64,000 bases of DNA from Candidatus Poriferisodalaceae bacterium (GTDB taxonomy: Bacteria > Actinomycetota > Acidimicrobiia > Acidimicrobiales > Poriferisodalaceae), in the NCBI GenBank assembly GCA_965205925.1, contig OZ242183.1, forward strand, positions 1,148,641-1,212,640, written 5' to 3'. A program made the translations under genes and the position numbers. This document shows positions 9,751 to 18,972 of this stretch, one piece after another. Below the pieces are notes generated by a model that saw only the letters and a list, made by a program, of their open reading frames with translations, made no database searches and was not told where the DNA came from. Positions within the stretch are counted from its first letter, which is position 1. Each line of letters starts with the position of its first letter.

Positions 9751-10902
9751 TTAACGGAGCTCCGCGAAAAACGCTCGCACATCTTCAACAAATAGCTCGG
9801 GTTGCTCAAACGCTGCGAAGTGTCCGCCACGCGGCATTTCCGTCCAACGTCGAATGTCGCTGTAGATCGATTCGGACCAAGATCGCACCGGGGGAATGAT
9901 CTCTTTTGGAAATTTCGCTACCCCAGTAGGCACCGACACCGGGTCAGAACCTATTCTTCTGAAGCTCTCCCAATACAAGCGTCCGGAAGATCCCGCTGTT
10001 GCGTTCAACCAATACAGCATGATGTTGTCGAGCATTTCGTCCCGGCTTAGAGCGTTTTCGGGGTGACCGTCGCAGTCAGTCCACGCACAGAACTTTTCAA
10101 GTATCCAAGCCGCTTGCCCCGCGGGTGAGTCGGTTAGTCCGTAGGCAAGGGTTTGTGGCCGGGTTGCTTGCTGAGTGGAGTAGCCCGAATCCCACTTGAG
10201 ATAGTGGTTAAACGCCTTTATAGCTTCTTCTTCATCAGGTGTGAGATCGCCTGCATCTTTTGGACGACCACCACCCATCACCATGTTGAGATGAATGCCT
10301 AGGCATTCATCGCGATGATGAGCACCGATGGCAGTGGTTACGCCCGCACCCCAGTCGCCGCCCTGCGCACCAAAACGGTCATAGCCCAAACCTGTCATCA
10401 GTTGCGTCCAGGCGTCGGCTATGCGTTCTACGCGCCAGCCAGTCTCACTTGGCTTGCCGCTAAAGCCATAGCCAGGCAGCGATGGGCAGACCACGTGAAA
10501 GGCATCGGCATCGTCGCCACCATGAGCAGCAGGGTTGGTGAGCGGTTCAATGACCTTGTGAAATTCGACGATCGAACCGGGCCAGCCATGCGTGAGCACC
10601 AACGGTATGGCGTCTTCGTTGGTGGAGCGAGCGTGGATGAAGTGAATGTCAAGGCCGTCAATGGGAGCGGTGAACTGAGGGAAGCGGTTAAGTCTCGCCT
10701 CTTGAGCGCGCCAGTCGTAGGTGTTTGCCCAGTAATCGCAGACTTCTTGAACGTAGGAAAGTGGGGCACCCTGCGACCAGTCATCAACTGGCTCGGCATT
10801 AGGCCAACGCGTGTTGTTGAGCCGAGCGGTGAGGTCAGCTAGGTCGGCATCGGACACATCAATACGAAACGGTGTGCTTGTGAAGTTGGGTTGAGTAGTC
10901 AT
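9751..10902 (-). CDS. Epoxide hydrolase (EHN N-terminal domain + alpha/beta fold)
   Basis: FRIDVSDADLADLTARLNNTRWP (EH N-domain), LVLTHGWPGS, GGDWGA nucleophile region, and a C-terminal GGHFAAFEQPELF. Confidence 0.8.
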   Translation of the reverse strand: MTTQPNFTSTPFRIDVSDADLADLTARLNNTRWPNAEPVDDWSQGAPLSYVQEVCDYWANTYDWRAQEARLNRFPQFTAPIDGLDIHFIHARSTNEDAIPLVLTHGWPGSIVEFHKVIEPLTNPAAHGGDDADAFHVVCPSLPGYGFSGKPSETGWRVERIADAWTQLMTGLGYDRFGAQGGDWGAGVTTAIGAHHRDECLGIHLNMVMGGGRPKDAGDLTPDEEEAIKAFNHYLKWDSGYSTQQATRPQTLAYGLTDSPAGQAAWILEKFCAWTDCDGHPENALSRDEMLDNIMLYWLNATAGSSGRLYWESFRRIGSDPVSVPTGVAKFPKEIIPPVRSWSESIYSDIRRWTEMPRGGHFAAFEQPELFVEDVRAFFAELR

Positions 10903-10953
10903 TTGTTCAGTCTGTCAGTTGGAATACGATCAAGGCAAAGTCTGGGAGATTAG

Positions 10954-12075
10954 GTGAGCGTTAGACCACGAGCAGTAATTGATGGGCTGCCGGTGTACAA
11001 GCCAGGCAAATCAGCCGCTCAAGCAGAAGTGGGTTCCAACGCTGCATCGAGCACAACCACCGAACAGCTGCCACCCATCAAGCTGGCTTCCAACGAAACG
11101 CCCTACACGCCGCTGCCATCGGTGCAAAAAGCATTGACCACCGCAGCGAATGACATCAACCGTTATCCCGACCATCGCTGCATGGAACTGCGCCAAACAC
11201 TGGCCGACAAGCTCGCGGTGAGCAACGCCAACGTAACGATTGGCGGTGGGTCTGTCGGATTGTTGCAGCAACTGTTCTTGGCGTATGTGGACCCAGGCGA
11301 CCAAGTGGTCTATCCCTGGCGCTCGTTTGAGATACATCCGGTTTACAGCGCCATAGCGCAGGCCGAGGCCATTGCCTTGCCGCTAGTGGATGAGGCGTTT
11401 GATTTGGAGGCGGTAGCCAAAGCCGTGACCGGCCGCACCAAGCTCGTGCTGCTATCAAGCCCGAACAACCCCACGGGCACGGTCTGCACCACTGAGCAGC
11501 TGCTGAAGTTTCTTGGATTAGTACCAGATGATGTGTTGGTGGTAATCGACGAGGCTTATCGGGAGTTTGTGACCGATCTAGCGGTGACAGATCCAGTTAC
11601 CGAAATCCTTCCGCGCCATCAAAACGCGCTGGTGTTGCGAACCTTTTCCAAGGCTTACGGGTTGGCAAACCTGCGAGTTGGCTATGCCATTGGTGATGAG
11701 CAAGTCATCGCGACGCTGGACAAGGTGTGTGCGCCGTTTCTTGTTAGCGGCGTAGCGCAGGCGGCTGCGATTGCTTCGCTGCAACCAACCGCCGAGGCTG
11801 AGCTAGCCCAACGAGCGGCAGAGGTAATCGCCCAACGTGAGGCGGTGATGACTGCGCTGGTCAGTGCCGGGTGGCCAGTTACACCAAGTCAAGCGAACTT
11901 CATCTGGATGCGATTAGGTGAAGATGCGATGCCGACTTATAACCGTCTTGAGCAGTCTGGTGTGATTACGCGTCCGTTTGAGGGTGAGGGCGTGCGAGTA
12001 ACGATCGGATCGCCCGCTGAGAACGAACGCTTCCTTGCCGCACTGGGCTCCTTTGAGCGCAATAAAGCCGAGTAG
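10954..12075 (+). CDS. Class I/II aminotransferase, HisC/Pat-like (histidinol-phosphate/aromatic aminotransferase)
   Basis: KLASNETPY, SPNNPTG, IDEAYREF, and FSKAYGLANLRVGY (PLP lysine). Confidence 0.8.
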   Translation: MSVRPRAVIDGLPVYKPGKSAAQAEVGSNAASSTTTEQLPPIKLASNETPYTPLPSVQKALTTAANDINRYPDHRCMELRQTLADKLAVSNANVTIGGGSVGLLQQLFLAYVDPGDQVVYPWRSFEIHPVYSAIAQAEAIALPLVDEAFDLEAVAKAVTGRTKLVLLSSPNNPTGTVCTTEQLLKFLGLVPDDVLVVIDEAYREFVTDLAVTDPVTEILPRHQNALVLRTFSKAYGLANLRVGYAIGDEQVIATLDKVCAPFLVSGVAQAAAIASLQPTAEAELAQRAAEVIAQREAVMTALVSAGWPVTPSQANFIWMRLGEDAMPTYNRLEQSGVITRPFEGEGVRVTIGSPAENERFLAALGSFERNKAE

Positions 12076-12151
12076 CAGTCTTGCTGGTTTGCGCATTTTG
12101 GCGCGCATAGTGTGAGAGCCGTGAGAGATTTTGTGGTAGCAAATTTGAAGG

Positions 12152-13231
12152 GTGCGGATGTCTGACCGACTAATAGACACCGAAGGCATGCAGATAGTCG
12201 GCTACGAGGTTGAAGCGGTGGAGGAGTGGATCGGCACCAACACTGATGCGATAACGCCACCATGCGATTGGACACGTCTTGAAGGTGGGCACAGCAACCT
12301 CACCTACAAGCTCACCGACAAAGACGCTCGCACCGCTGTTGTGCGGCGCCCACCCATGGGTGAACTGTTGCCAAAGGCTCACGACATGGGGCGCGAGTTC
12401 ACGATCATCAGTGGGCTGCGAGACACAGAGGTGCCGGTGCCTGTAGCGCACGGCTACTGCGAAGATCCAGCAGTTACCGGAGCGCACTTTTATGTGATGA
12501 GCCATGTTGAGGGTCGTCCAATGTTTAGTCAAGAAGACGCGCAGGAGCACTTAAGTGAGCAAGCCCGTGCGAACGTTGCCGGGTCGTTTATGGACGTGCT
12601 GGCAGCACTGCACAGTGTTGATCCTGATGAGGTCGGCTTGGGAGATCTGGGCAAGCGTGAGGATTATGTAGGGCGTCAGCTTCGCACCTGGTATCGCAGC
12701 TGGACCGCTTCGGCAGATGCTGCAAAATATGACGATCCGGCCTTGCACGAGCTTCATGCGATGCTTACCGAACGCAAGCCTGAGCAGGGTCCGGCTCGCG
12801 TGGTGCACGGTGACTACGGTCTGCATAACTGTCTGCTCAGTTCTGTTGGTGAGATAACCGCGGTGCTGGATTGGGAGATCTCCACGCTGGGCGATCCGCT
12901 GGCCGACTTTGCATATGCCCTAAACGGTTGGACTGAACAGGGCGATGATGTCGTCAACCCGGAAAAGGCCCCCACATTGCAACCCGGGTTTGGTACACGT
13001 CAAGAGTTGGTGCAGCGCTATGGCGAGCGCACCGGTGCGGATCTAAGCCAGCTCGATTATTACGTTTGCTTTAACTATTGGAAGTCGGCTTGCATTATCC
13101 ACGGTGTCTATGCCCGCTACATGAACGATCAGAAACCGACTGACGGTGTGGATCTTGACGAATACCGCGCACGGATCGGTTTAGGCATAAACAAAAGCAA
13201 AGAAGCAGCTAACGCCGTTCCTGCTGCGTGA
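12152..13231 (+). CDS. Phosphotransferase-family (APH/choline-kinase-like) protein
   Basis: LEGGHSNLTY, catalytic HGDYGLHNCL, and DWEISTLGDPLADF. Confidence 0.75.
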   Translation: MRMSDRLIDTEGMQIVGYEVEAVEEWIGTNTDAITPPCDWTRLEGGHSNLTYKLTDKDARTAVVRRPPMGELLPKAHDMGREFTIISGLRDTEVPVPVAHGYCEDPAVTGAHFYVMSHVEGRPMFSQEDAQEHLSEQARANVAGSFMDVLAALHSVDPDEVGLGDLGKREDYVGRQLRTWYRSWTASADAAKYDDPALHELHAMLTERKPEQGPARVVHGDYGLHNCLLSSVGEITAVLDWEISTLGDPLADFAYALNGWTEQGDDVVNPEKAPTLQPGFGTRQELVQRYGERTGADLSQLDYYVCFNYWKSACIIHGVYARYMNDQKPTDGVDLDEYRARIGLGINKSKEAANAVPAA

Positions 13232-13238
13232 GTAGCGC

Positions 13239-13919
13239 GTGAGCACCTCGGGCGAGCGCACCGATTGGAACCCGCTGCTGCGTGGCGAGTTCGACAAGCC
13301 GTACTGGCCGCTGCTGCAACGTTTCGTTGCAGATGAGCGTCAGCAAGGCGAGGTGTACCCACCGCAAGATCAAGTATTTACAGCGCTGCATCTCACCGCT
13401 CACTCTCAGGTGAAGGTGGTGATTCTTGGGCAAGACCCGTATCACCAGCCAGGCCAGGCTCACGGGCTGTGTTTTTCGGTGAATCGAGGTGTGCGTACTC
13501 CGCCGTCGTTGGTGAATATCTACCAAGAGCTAGCTAGCGATCTTGGTTTAACTGCACCGAAGCATGGTTGTTTGGAGTCGTGGGCGCAGCAAGGCGTGCT
13601 GTTGTTGAATTCGGTGTTGACGGTGCGTGCTCGTCAGGCTGGTTCGCATAGAGGTAAGGGCTGGGAGCAGTTCACAGACGAGGTGATACTTGCTGTCAAT
13701 GAGAAATCCGAACGGGTGGTGTTTATCTTGTGGGGAGCTTTTGCGAAATCAAAGGCGCCACTAGTGAACACCGACAGACATGTGGTGATTGAGTCGTCTC
13801 ACCCATCTCCGTTTAGCGCAGATAGAGGATTTTTTGGTAGCCGACCGTTTAGTCGAGCGAACGAAGCGCTAGTCGCCGCCGGTCGTGAGCCGGTGGATTG
13901 GGGTCTGCCGCAGAACTAG
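13239..13919 (+). CDS. ung: Uracil-DNA glycosylase, family 1
   Basis: GQDPYH water-activating motif, LLLNSVLTV, and the HPSPFSA His motif. Confidence 0.9.
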   Translation: MSTSGERTDWNPLLRGEFDKPYWPLLQRFVADERQQGEVYPPQDQVFTALHLTAHSQVKVVILGQDPYHQPGQAHGLCFSVNRGVRTPPSLVNIYQELASDLGLTAPKHGCLESWAQQGVLLLNSVLTVRARQAGSHRGKGWEQFTDEVILAVNEKSERVVFILWGAFAKSKAPLVNTDRHVVIESSHPSPFSADRGFFGSRPFSRANEALVAAGREPVDWGLPQN

Positions 13920-13929
13920 CTGCTAGTAG

Positions 13930-14562
13930 CTAGCGCAGTTCGACTCGGCCGTTTGGGCACTCAAACACTGCGGAGATCTCGTCCGGTCCTTCATCTACGT
14001 CTATCGAAAGCCCGATCGCCGAATGCATCTGTCGCACAGTCGCCGGGTCAGCTGTCGAACCATTTAGCGTGATCAGCGTTGCCCCAGTGGGTGTGACCTT
14101 GGACGGGTGAGTAGTGGCGCCCCAGTCGATCACGAACGGCTCTAAGCAAGTGTTAGCCGCAGCGTTGCGAGATAGCCGCCAGTGAATCTGCTCACCGTCG
14201 GGTTTGACCCTGCTCATGGCAGAAATCGGACCTGGATCGAAACCATGTGAAGCCATTGCTGTTGTGACCTCGTCAATGGTTTGCGGTGGTGTGGCGTGGA
14301 TGCAAAAGCTAGCTAGGCGACCTTCTCCGGCCGCTAGATCGTCGACGCCAAATGGGCGTGGCACGTCGGGATCTGGTTGGTTTGGGTCGGGTGCGATTAT
14401 CTCTAGATAGACGTTTTCGCCAAGCGACAGCAGCGCGTTGTAGGTACCTACACCTGGATGCGGCCCGCCCGGAGTTGCTTTTACGCCGGTGAGATCTTCA
14501 ATGTGAGAGACGCCAGTAGCGAGATCGGTACAAGCAAAAACTAGATGATCAATATCAGCCAT
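13930..14562 (-). CDS. VOC/glyoxalase-like domain protein
   Basis: IDHLVFACTDL...GGPHPGVGTYNALLSLGENVYLEIIAPDP resembles the glyoxalase-like fold. Confidence 0.6.
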   Translation of the reverse strand: MADIDHLVFACTDLATGVSHIEDLTGVKATPGGPHPGVGTYNALLSLGENVYLEIIAPDPNQPDPDVPRPFGVDDLAAGEGRLASFCIHATPPQTIDEVTTAMASHGFDPGPISAMSRVKPDGEQIHWRLSRNAAANTCLEPFVIDWGATTHPSKVTPTGATLITLNGSTADPATVRQMHSAIGLSIDVDEGPDEISAVFECPNGRVELR

Positions 14563-14628
14563 TTGGCAATGCTACTTGTGCGGATAACCGCTTGGTCTGT
14601 TGGATACTGATGCAAGCTGGAGTATTCG

Positions 14629-17600
14629 TTAGTAGTTTTCCCTGATGTAGGCGTAAGCACGGTCGAACAACTCTCCAGTTACTGGAAGTTCGTATTTCTT
14701 TAGCAACAGGCGTACTTCGCGTCTTACTCCTTGATCGCCAGGAGTAGATGATTGCCAGCCTGTTCCGCGTGAAGGATCCACGATCGCATCAACATCCATA
14801 ACAATCCGTTCCAAGATTTCCGGCCGTTTATCTGGCGCGTACTCCAAGAAGATTTGTGTGAGAGCTCCTTGTCGAGGGTTAAGCACTTTGAATTCATCTA
14901 AGCGTCCCTCATCATCAGCACGCTCCGCTCGCACGACTTCACTAGCAACTTCCATCAGGTGTTTTAGAAAATCCACAGATGCCTCGGCATCGGCGATTTT
15001 TTTGGCTCGCAAGGCTTCCAGCCGCTCAGACAAAGTGCGCCACACACGATGCGGGTCTGTGCCTTCTGTGCGGCGACGAATACGTTCTTCTAGTCGGTCC
15101 AACACTTCCACTGCAGATGGAGGCGGTTTTTGGATGTCGGTTTCGGGAATGAGTGTTAGATCATGCTCTCGCAGGAAATCCAGAGTTTCAGCGTCAAGAG
15201 CAATCTGATCCAAAGCGGTGCCGTCAATAGTTACGCCAGTGAGGTTCTCGTGAACTAGCGCCATGGTTTTGGCCCCTAGGCGGTGCCATAGCAGCATGTT
15301 CCCAACATTTGACGGAGCGATCGATGCGTAGACCTTTGCAAGAAAGTTGTAGCGACTCTCATGCTCATTGAAACGCTCGTCGGGTGAAAGGAACTCGTAG
15401 AGGCCCTGACACTGCATGAATTCTTTAGCGAACTGTTGCCTGCTCTCGTCTCCTTTAAGGATCTCCTGAGCGTTGGATATCCGAGCAAAAGTGGGTTGTG
15501 TGCGGTCGATCTTCTCGAACCGTTCCCAAGCGATATTGGTTGCATCTATAAGTTCGGTCAGTAGTACTTGTATGTCGCCTTCGTTTCTCTTTGGGAGAGC
15601 GGTGTGCTTGACTGCAACCGCACGGGCGAGATCCTCACCCATACCGACGTAGTCGACAACAAGCCCGAACTGCTTCTCTTGCCCAGTGCGCTGGTTTGTC
15701 CAACGCCGGTTAGTACGACAAACCGCTTGAAAGAGCGTGTGCGCTCTCAGAGGCTTATCTAGATACATCACACCCTCAATTGGTGCGTCAAAACCAGTGA
15801 GCAGCTTGGCAGTCACGATGAGGAATTTCAACGGGTCATCTAGATCGCGGAAACGATTCTTGACGGCGGCTTCTTGATCTCGGTCAAGATCCCAACCGCT
15901 CCATTCCTGAGGATCACCTTTGTCAGTGGTCATGACTACTGTGGCTAGCTCGCCAGGCTTAAGAAGTTCTTTCAGTTCCTCGTAGTAGGCAACGCAGGTT
16001 GCGCGGTCGTACGCAACGATTTGAGCTTTCAGCCCTAGCGGAGCGATGCGTTCTCGATAGTGCGTGACGATGTCTTGGCACACGGCCCGTACTCGCTTCG
16101 GGTTCTGCACTACTACAGACTGATGCCCAGCCTTGCGGCTGATGAACTCTTTTTCCTCATCGTCTAGATCTTCTTCTTCGGCGAGGCTGTCGAATGCTTG
16201 CTGAAGCACATCACCGTCAAAGTGAAAATTGACCAAACGGGTCTCAACGTGCACTGGCAATGTGGCTCCGTCGTAGATCGATCGCTCAACTGAGTAGTGA
16301 TTTAGTGCACCATCAGGATCATCGGGGTCGCCAAACATTGCCCACGTGTTGCGATCTTCTGATGAAATTGGTGTGCCTGTGAGCCCAATGAACTTGGCGT
16401 TTGGCACCGCAGCGCGCATGTTCTGTCCGAGCCGACCTTCTTGTGTGCGATGGGCTTCATCCACCATCACCACGATGTTGTCGCGCTCGTTGAGCAGCCC
16501 AGCATCTTTGAAGCGGTAAATCGTGGTGATAATCACCCCGCGTGAATCTTCCGACAACAATCGCCGCAAATCTTCTCTTGTTTGCGCCACCCTCATAGTG
16601 GGGATGCCTACCGACTCAAACTCTGAAGCGGTTTGTTCAATCAAGTCCAATCGATCCAGTACCACAACGATCGTGGGAGCGTCTAGCTCCGTGTAGTGCC
16701 GTAGTTTCGCTGCTGCATATGCCATTGCAAACGTTTTGCCCGAACCTTGGTGGTGCCAGACCAAGCCCTGCTGTTTGTTTGGATCAAGGCAGCGTTTCAC
16801 GATGGCATCCACCGCCTCCACCTGGGGATAGCGCGGAATAATTTTCTGCCTTACGGCTCCCTGCGATGTGGGTCGAGACGAGTAGAGCGTGTAGTGCCGC
16901 AAAATATCCAACACCATTTCAGGGGTTAGCAGCAGCTCGGTGGAGCGCATCACAGCCGGGATACCTTCCGGCAGCATGCTGTCCGTGGTCTTGGACCAGT
17001 TCAGCCACATCTCAGGTGGCTGTCGTACTGCCCCATAGCGAAAATCACGACCATCGGTCGCAAACGACAACACGTTCGGCACAAAGAAGGCAGGGGTCTT
17101 CATCTCATAGCCGTTGTGGATGTCCGTTGCTGCATTCAGCCACGAATTGTTTGTCATCGGTGCTTTGGTCTCTCCAACCACCAACGGAATGCCATTTACC
17201 CACAGCACAATGTCGTAACGGCGATGCTCTCTACCAGCATGGAAAGTTGCCTCAGCGCTTACACGCAAGATGTTTGCACGAGGGTTATCGAAATCGATCA
17301 GTTGAACCTGAGAGTGCTGATCCATCCCTATGTATTTGCAGGCACGGCGGCCGCATAGCCACGCCACGAATTCTTCATTGGCAGCCAAAAGCCCATCGTT
17401 TGGTGCTGACAGCAATACTGCAAGCAGCTTTGGAAGAACCTCTCCTGCGCGTGACGGTTCTTCAGCGATTTCGGGGTTCAGTTGAACCATTGCTGCTTGC
17501 AACTCATCGAAGCGGACTACTTCGTCGTACCGGCGACCAAGTTCCTCGTCGTCCAGTGCTAAATCCCAGCCAAGTTCCGCAAGTTTTTCGCACAGTCCGT

Positions 17601-17631
17601 TTTGGACGGTGCGTTCCACAAGATCGGTCAT
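14629..17631 (-). CDS. hsdR: Type I restriction enzyme, R subunit (HsdR)
   Basis: 1000 aa. N-terminal nuclease region (DIVLWVNGIPLVVGETK), SF2 helicase motifs (HHQGSGKTF, VMVDEAHRTQ, GLTGTP, QAVCRTNR). Its ATG overlaps the hsdS stop (ATGA). Confidence 0.92.
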   Translation of the reverse strand: MTDLVERTVQNGLCEKLAELGWDLALDDEELGRRYDEVVRFDELQAAMVQLNPEIAEEPSRAGEVLPKLLAVLLSAPNDGLLAANEEFVAWLCGRRACKYIGMDQHSQVQLIDFDNPRANILRVSAEATFHAGREHRRYDIVLWVNGIPLVVGETKAPMTNNSWLNAATDIHNGYEMKTPAFFVPNVLSFATDGRDFRYGAVRQPPEMWLNWSKTTDSMLPEGIPAVMRSTELLLTPEMVLDILRHYTLYSSRPTSQGAVRQKIIPRYPQVEAVDAIVKRCLDPNKQQGLVWHHQGSGKTFAMAYAAAKLRHYTELDAPTIVVVLDRLDLIEQTASEFESVGIPTMRVAQTREDLRRLLSEDSRGVIITTIYRFKDAGLLNERDNIVVMVDEAHRTQEGRLGQNMRAAVPNAKFIGLTGTPISSEDRNTWAMFGDPDDPDGALNHYSVERSIYDGATLPVHVETRLVNFHFDGDVLQQAFDSLAEEEDLDDEEKEFISRKAGHQSVVVQNPKRVRAVCQDIVTHYRERIAPLGLKAQIVAYDRATCVAYYEELKELLKPGELATVVMTTDKGDPQEWSGWDLDRDQEAAVKNRFRDLDDPLKFLIVTAKLLTGFDAPIEGVMYLDKPLRAHTLFQAVCRTNRRWTNQRTGQEKQFGLVVDYVGMGEDLARAVAVKHTALPKRNEGDIQVLLTELIDATNIAWERFEKIDRTQPTFARISNAQEILKGDESRQQFAKEFMQCQGLYEFLSPDERFNEHESRYNFLAKVYASIAPSNVGNMLLWHRLGAKTMALVHENLTGVTIDGTALDQIALDAETLDFLREHDLTLIPETDIQKPPPSAVEVLDRLEERIRRRTEGTDPHRVWRTLSERLEALRAKKIADAEASVDFLKHLMEVASEVVRAERADDEGRLDEFKVLNPRQGALTQIFLEYAPDKRPEILERIVMDVDAIVDPSRGTGWQSSTPGDQGVRREVRLLLKKYELPVTGELFDRAYAYIRENY

Positions 17632-18203
17632 ACGGCTTCCAGCAAGGCGTCGTATGAGTCGGGTATTTCGTGTTCGCCTGACAGCAGGTTGATGAGCACA
17701 CCATCTCGCAATGAGCGTGTGTGAACGATCGCCTTTTCGGTTGCTTGCAGCATCTGATCCGCCCCGCTGATGATTTCAATGATCCGCTGCTGTTCTTCAA
17801 GTGGCGGGAGATTCATCTGTATGGCTGCGACGTTTTTTCGAGAGATTTCACGGAAAGTATTGCCAGTGGATCGAATTATGAATTCGCGAGTGTTTGCCTG
17901 ACACCAATACATAGCGAATCGCGGCAGAAGATCTGACCCACATATCAACGATGTGAAGCCTTGATTGGTTGCTAAGGGCACGCCTGACAGCGCAACTGCT
18001 CCAATCGTGGCGCGTGAGGTAAGAAGCACGGTGTCAACCGGCAACATCTTTGCCGATGAGTTGGCAAGACCTTCTCTAGTGATTTTTCGAGCAGAGTCGT
18101 TGATGTAGTCGCCTTGGTTAGCGACAACTTCGGCTGGTGTTATCCAAATGATGTCGCCATTCCAGTACTCAGGAGTCTTTGTTGATGGAGTTCCGCCTAA
18201 CAC
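17628..18203 (-). CDS. hsdS: HsdS fragment 3: TRD3 plus C-terminal conserved coiled-coil region (half-size S subunit as sequenced)
   Basis: GGTPSTKTPEYWNGDIIWITPAEV and TNQGF are typical TRD motifs. The C-terminal LPPLEEQQRIIEII... is the conserved helix. In-frame sequence continues upstream (EKEWRQVALGDVVEI) to the G9 tract. Confidence 0.8.
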   Translation of the reverse strand: MLGGTPSTKTPEYWNGDIIWITPAEVVANQGDYINDSARKITREGLANSSAKMLPVDTVLLTSRATIGAVALSGVPLATNQGFTSLICGSDLLPRFAMYWCQANTREFIIRSTGNTFREISRKNVAAIQMNLPPLEEQQRIIEIISGADQMLQATEKAIVHTRSLRDGVLINLLSGEHEIPDSYDALLEAV

Positions 18204-18258
18204 AATCTCAACGACGTCACCGAGCGCTACCTGACGCCATTCTTTCTCTGCTTGCTCT

Positions 18259-18267
18259 GGGGGGGGG
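18259..18267. repeat. G9 homopolymer (C9 on the coding strand) at the CR2|TRD3 junction of hsdS
   Basis: Counted directly. It encodes ..LTPP(P).. and one extra base would fuse CR2 to TRD3. Confidence 0.95.
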
Positions 18268-18972
18268 TCAGTAGTTCTGTGAGGAGCGCTTCACGAGAGA
18301 TTTCGGCTTTGATGGCAGATTGGCCTTGTGCCTCGATGTAGGCGTCGACCGAATCAAGGAGTTCCACGATGCGTCTCTGCTCCTTGAGAGGGGTATTAGG
18401 ACTTCAGTTTCCAAGTAATTGCCCAGATCCAGATTGCGAATATTGGTGCCACGCTGGTGTTCAAATGCCTTCCCTTGACGATGTAACGACCAAAGCTCAT
18501 AGAAAAGAAATTTCGGTACCACTTCGTCTCTGTCTGCCCTGAGCAGGGTCAAGAAGTTTGAGAACGAAGAAGGCTCTTGGCCAATTTCACTCACATACAC
18601 GACCCGCCCCGGCAATGTTGGAGTGCCAGCACTCTTTTGAATCAGGATGTCTCCTTCTTCAAGTGTGCGGCTTGCTAACTGTTTCTTAGTCAGAGAACGA
18701 GTTGCCCCAGCAGGCTTAATCAAGACACCATCGTTTGTGAACTCAGTCTGTCTGAATACTTGAACATCGATCTCGCTTTCCCCGAAGTTCTTGCCCCATA
18801 CACCACCTAGTTTCTTTGAAAGCAAAGCTGAGAGCGTTACCTGACGCCATTCTTTACGCATGTCAGGCGGTCTTAGGAGCTCGACGAGCAACGCTTGGCG
18901 GGCTGTCTGGCCAGTTGTGAGTTGCTGTTCGAGAGCGTCGAGGTAGGTGTCGATTGATTCGATGAGATCCAC
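18268..18972 (-). CDS. hsdS: HsdS fragment 2: CR1 plus TRD2, frameshifted before CR2
   Basis: DLIESIDTYLDALEQQL...RKEWRQVTLSALLSKKLGGVWG...NIRNLDLGNYLETEVLIP, then an out-of-frame tail. CR2 (LKEQRRIVELLDSVDAYIEAQGQ...) is readable in the next frame. Confidence 0.8.
   Translation of the reverse strand: MDLIESIDTYLDALEQQLTTGQTARQALLVELLRPPDMRKEWRQVTLSALLSKKLGGVWGKNFGESEIDVQVFRQTEFTNDGVLIKPAGATRSLTKKQLASRTLEEGDILIQKSAGTPTLPGRVVYVSEIGQEPSSFSNFLTLLRADRDEVVPKFLFYELWSLHRQGKAFEHQRGTNIRNLDLGNYLETEVLIPLSRSRDASWNSLIRSTPTSRHKANLPSKPKSLVKRSSQNY

Noticed and set aside
14563-14628. Direct repeat of the tRNA-Ala 3' end (att-like) at the distal end of the R-M cassette
   Set aside because: Only CGTTAGT (7-8 nt) and TGGAG are shared, and they occur in a different order. 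This is too weak to call an att site.
16866-17657. 263-aa + strand ORF inside hsdR
   Set aside because: It is antisense to conserved HsdR helicase and nuclease motifs and has Arg/Ser/Pro-rich composition typical of antisense frames.
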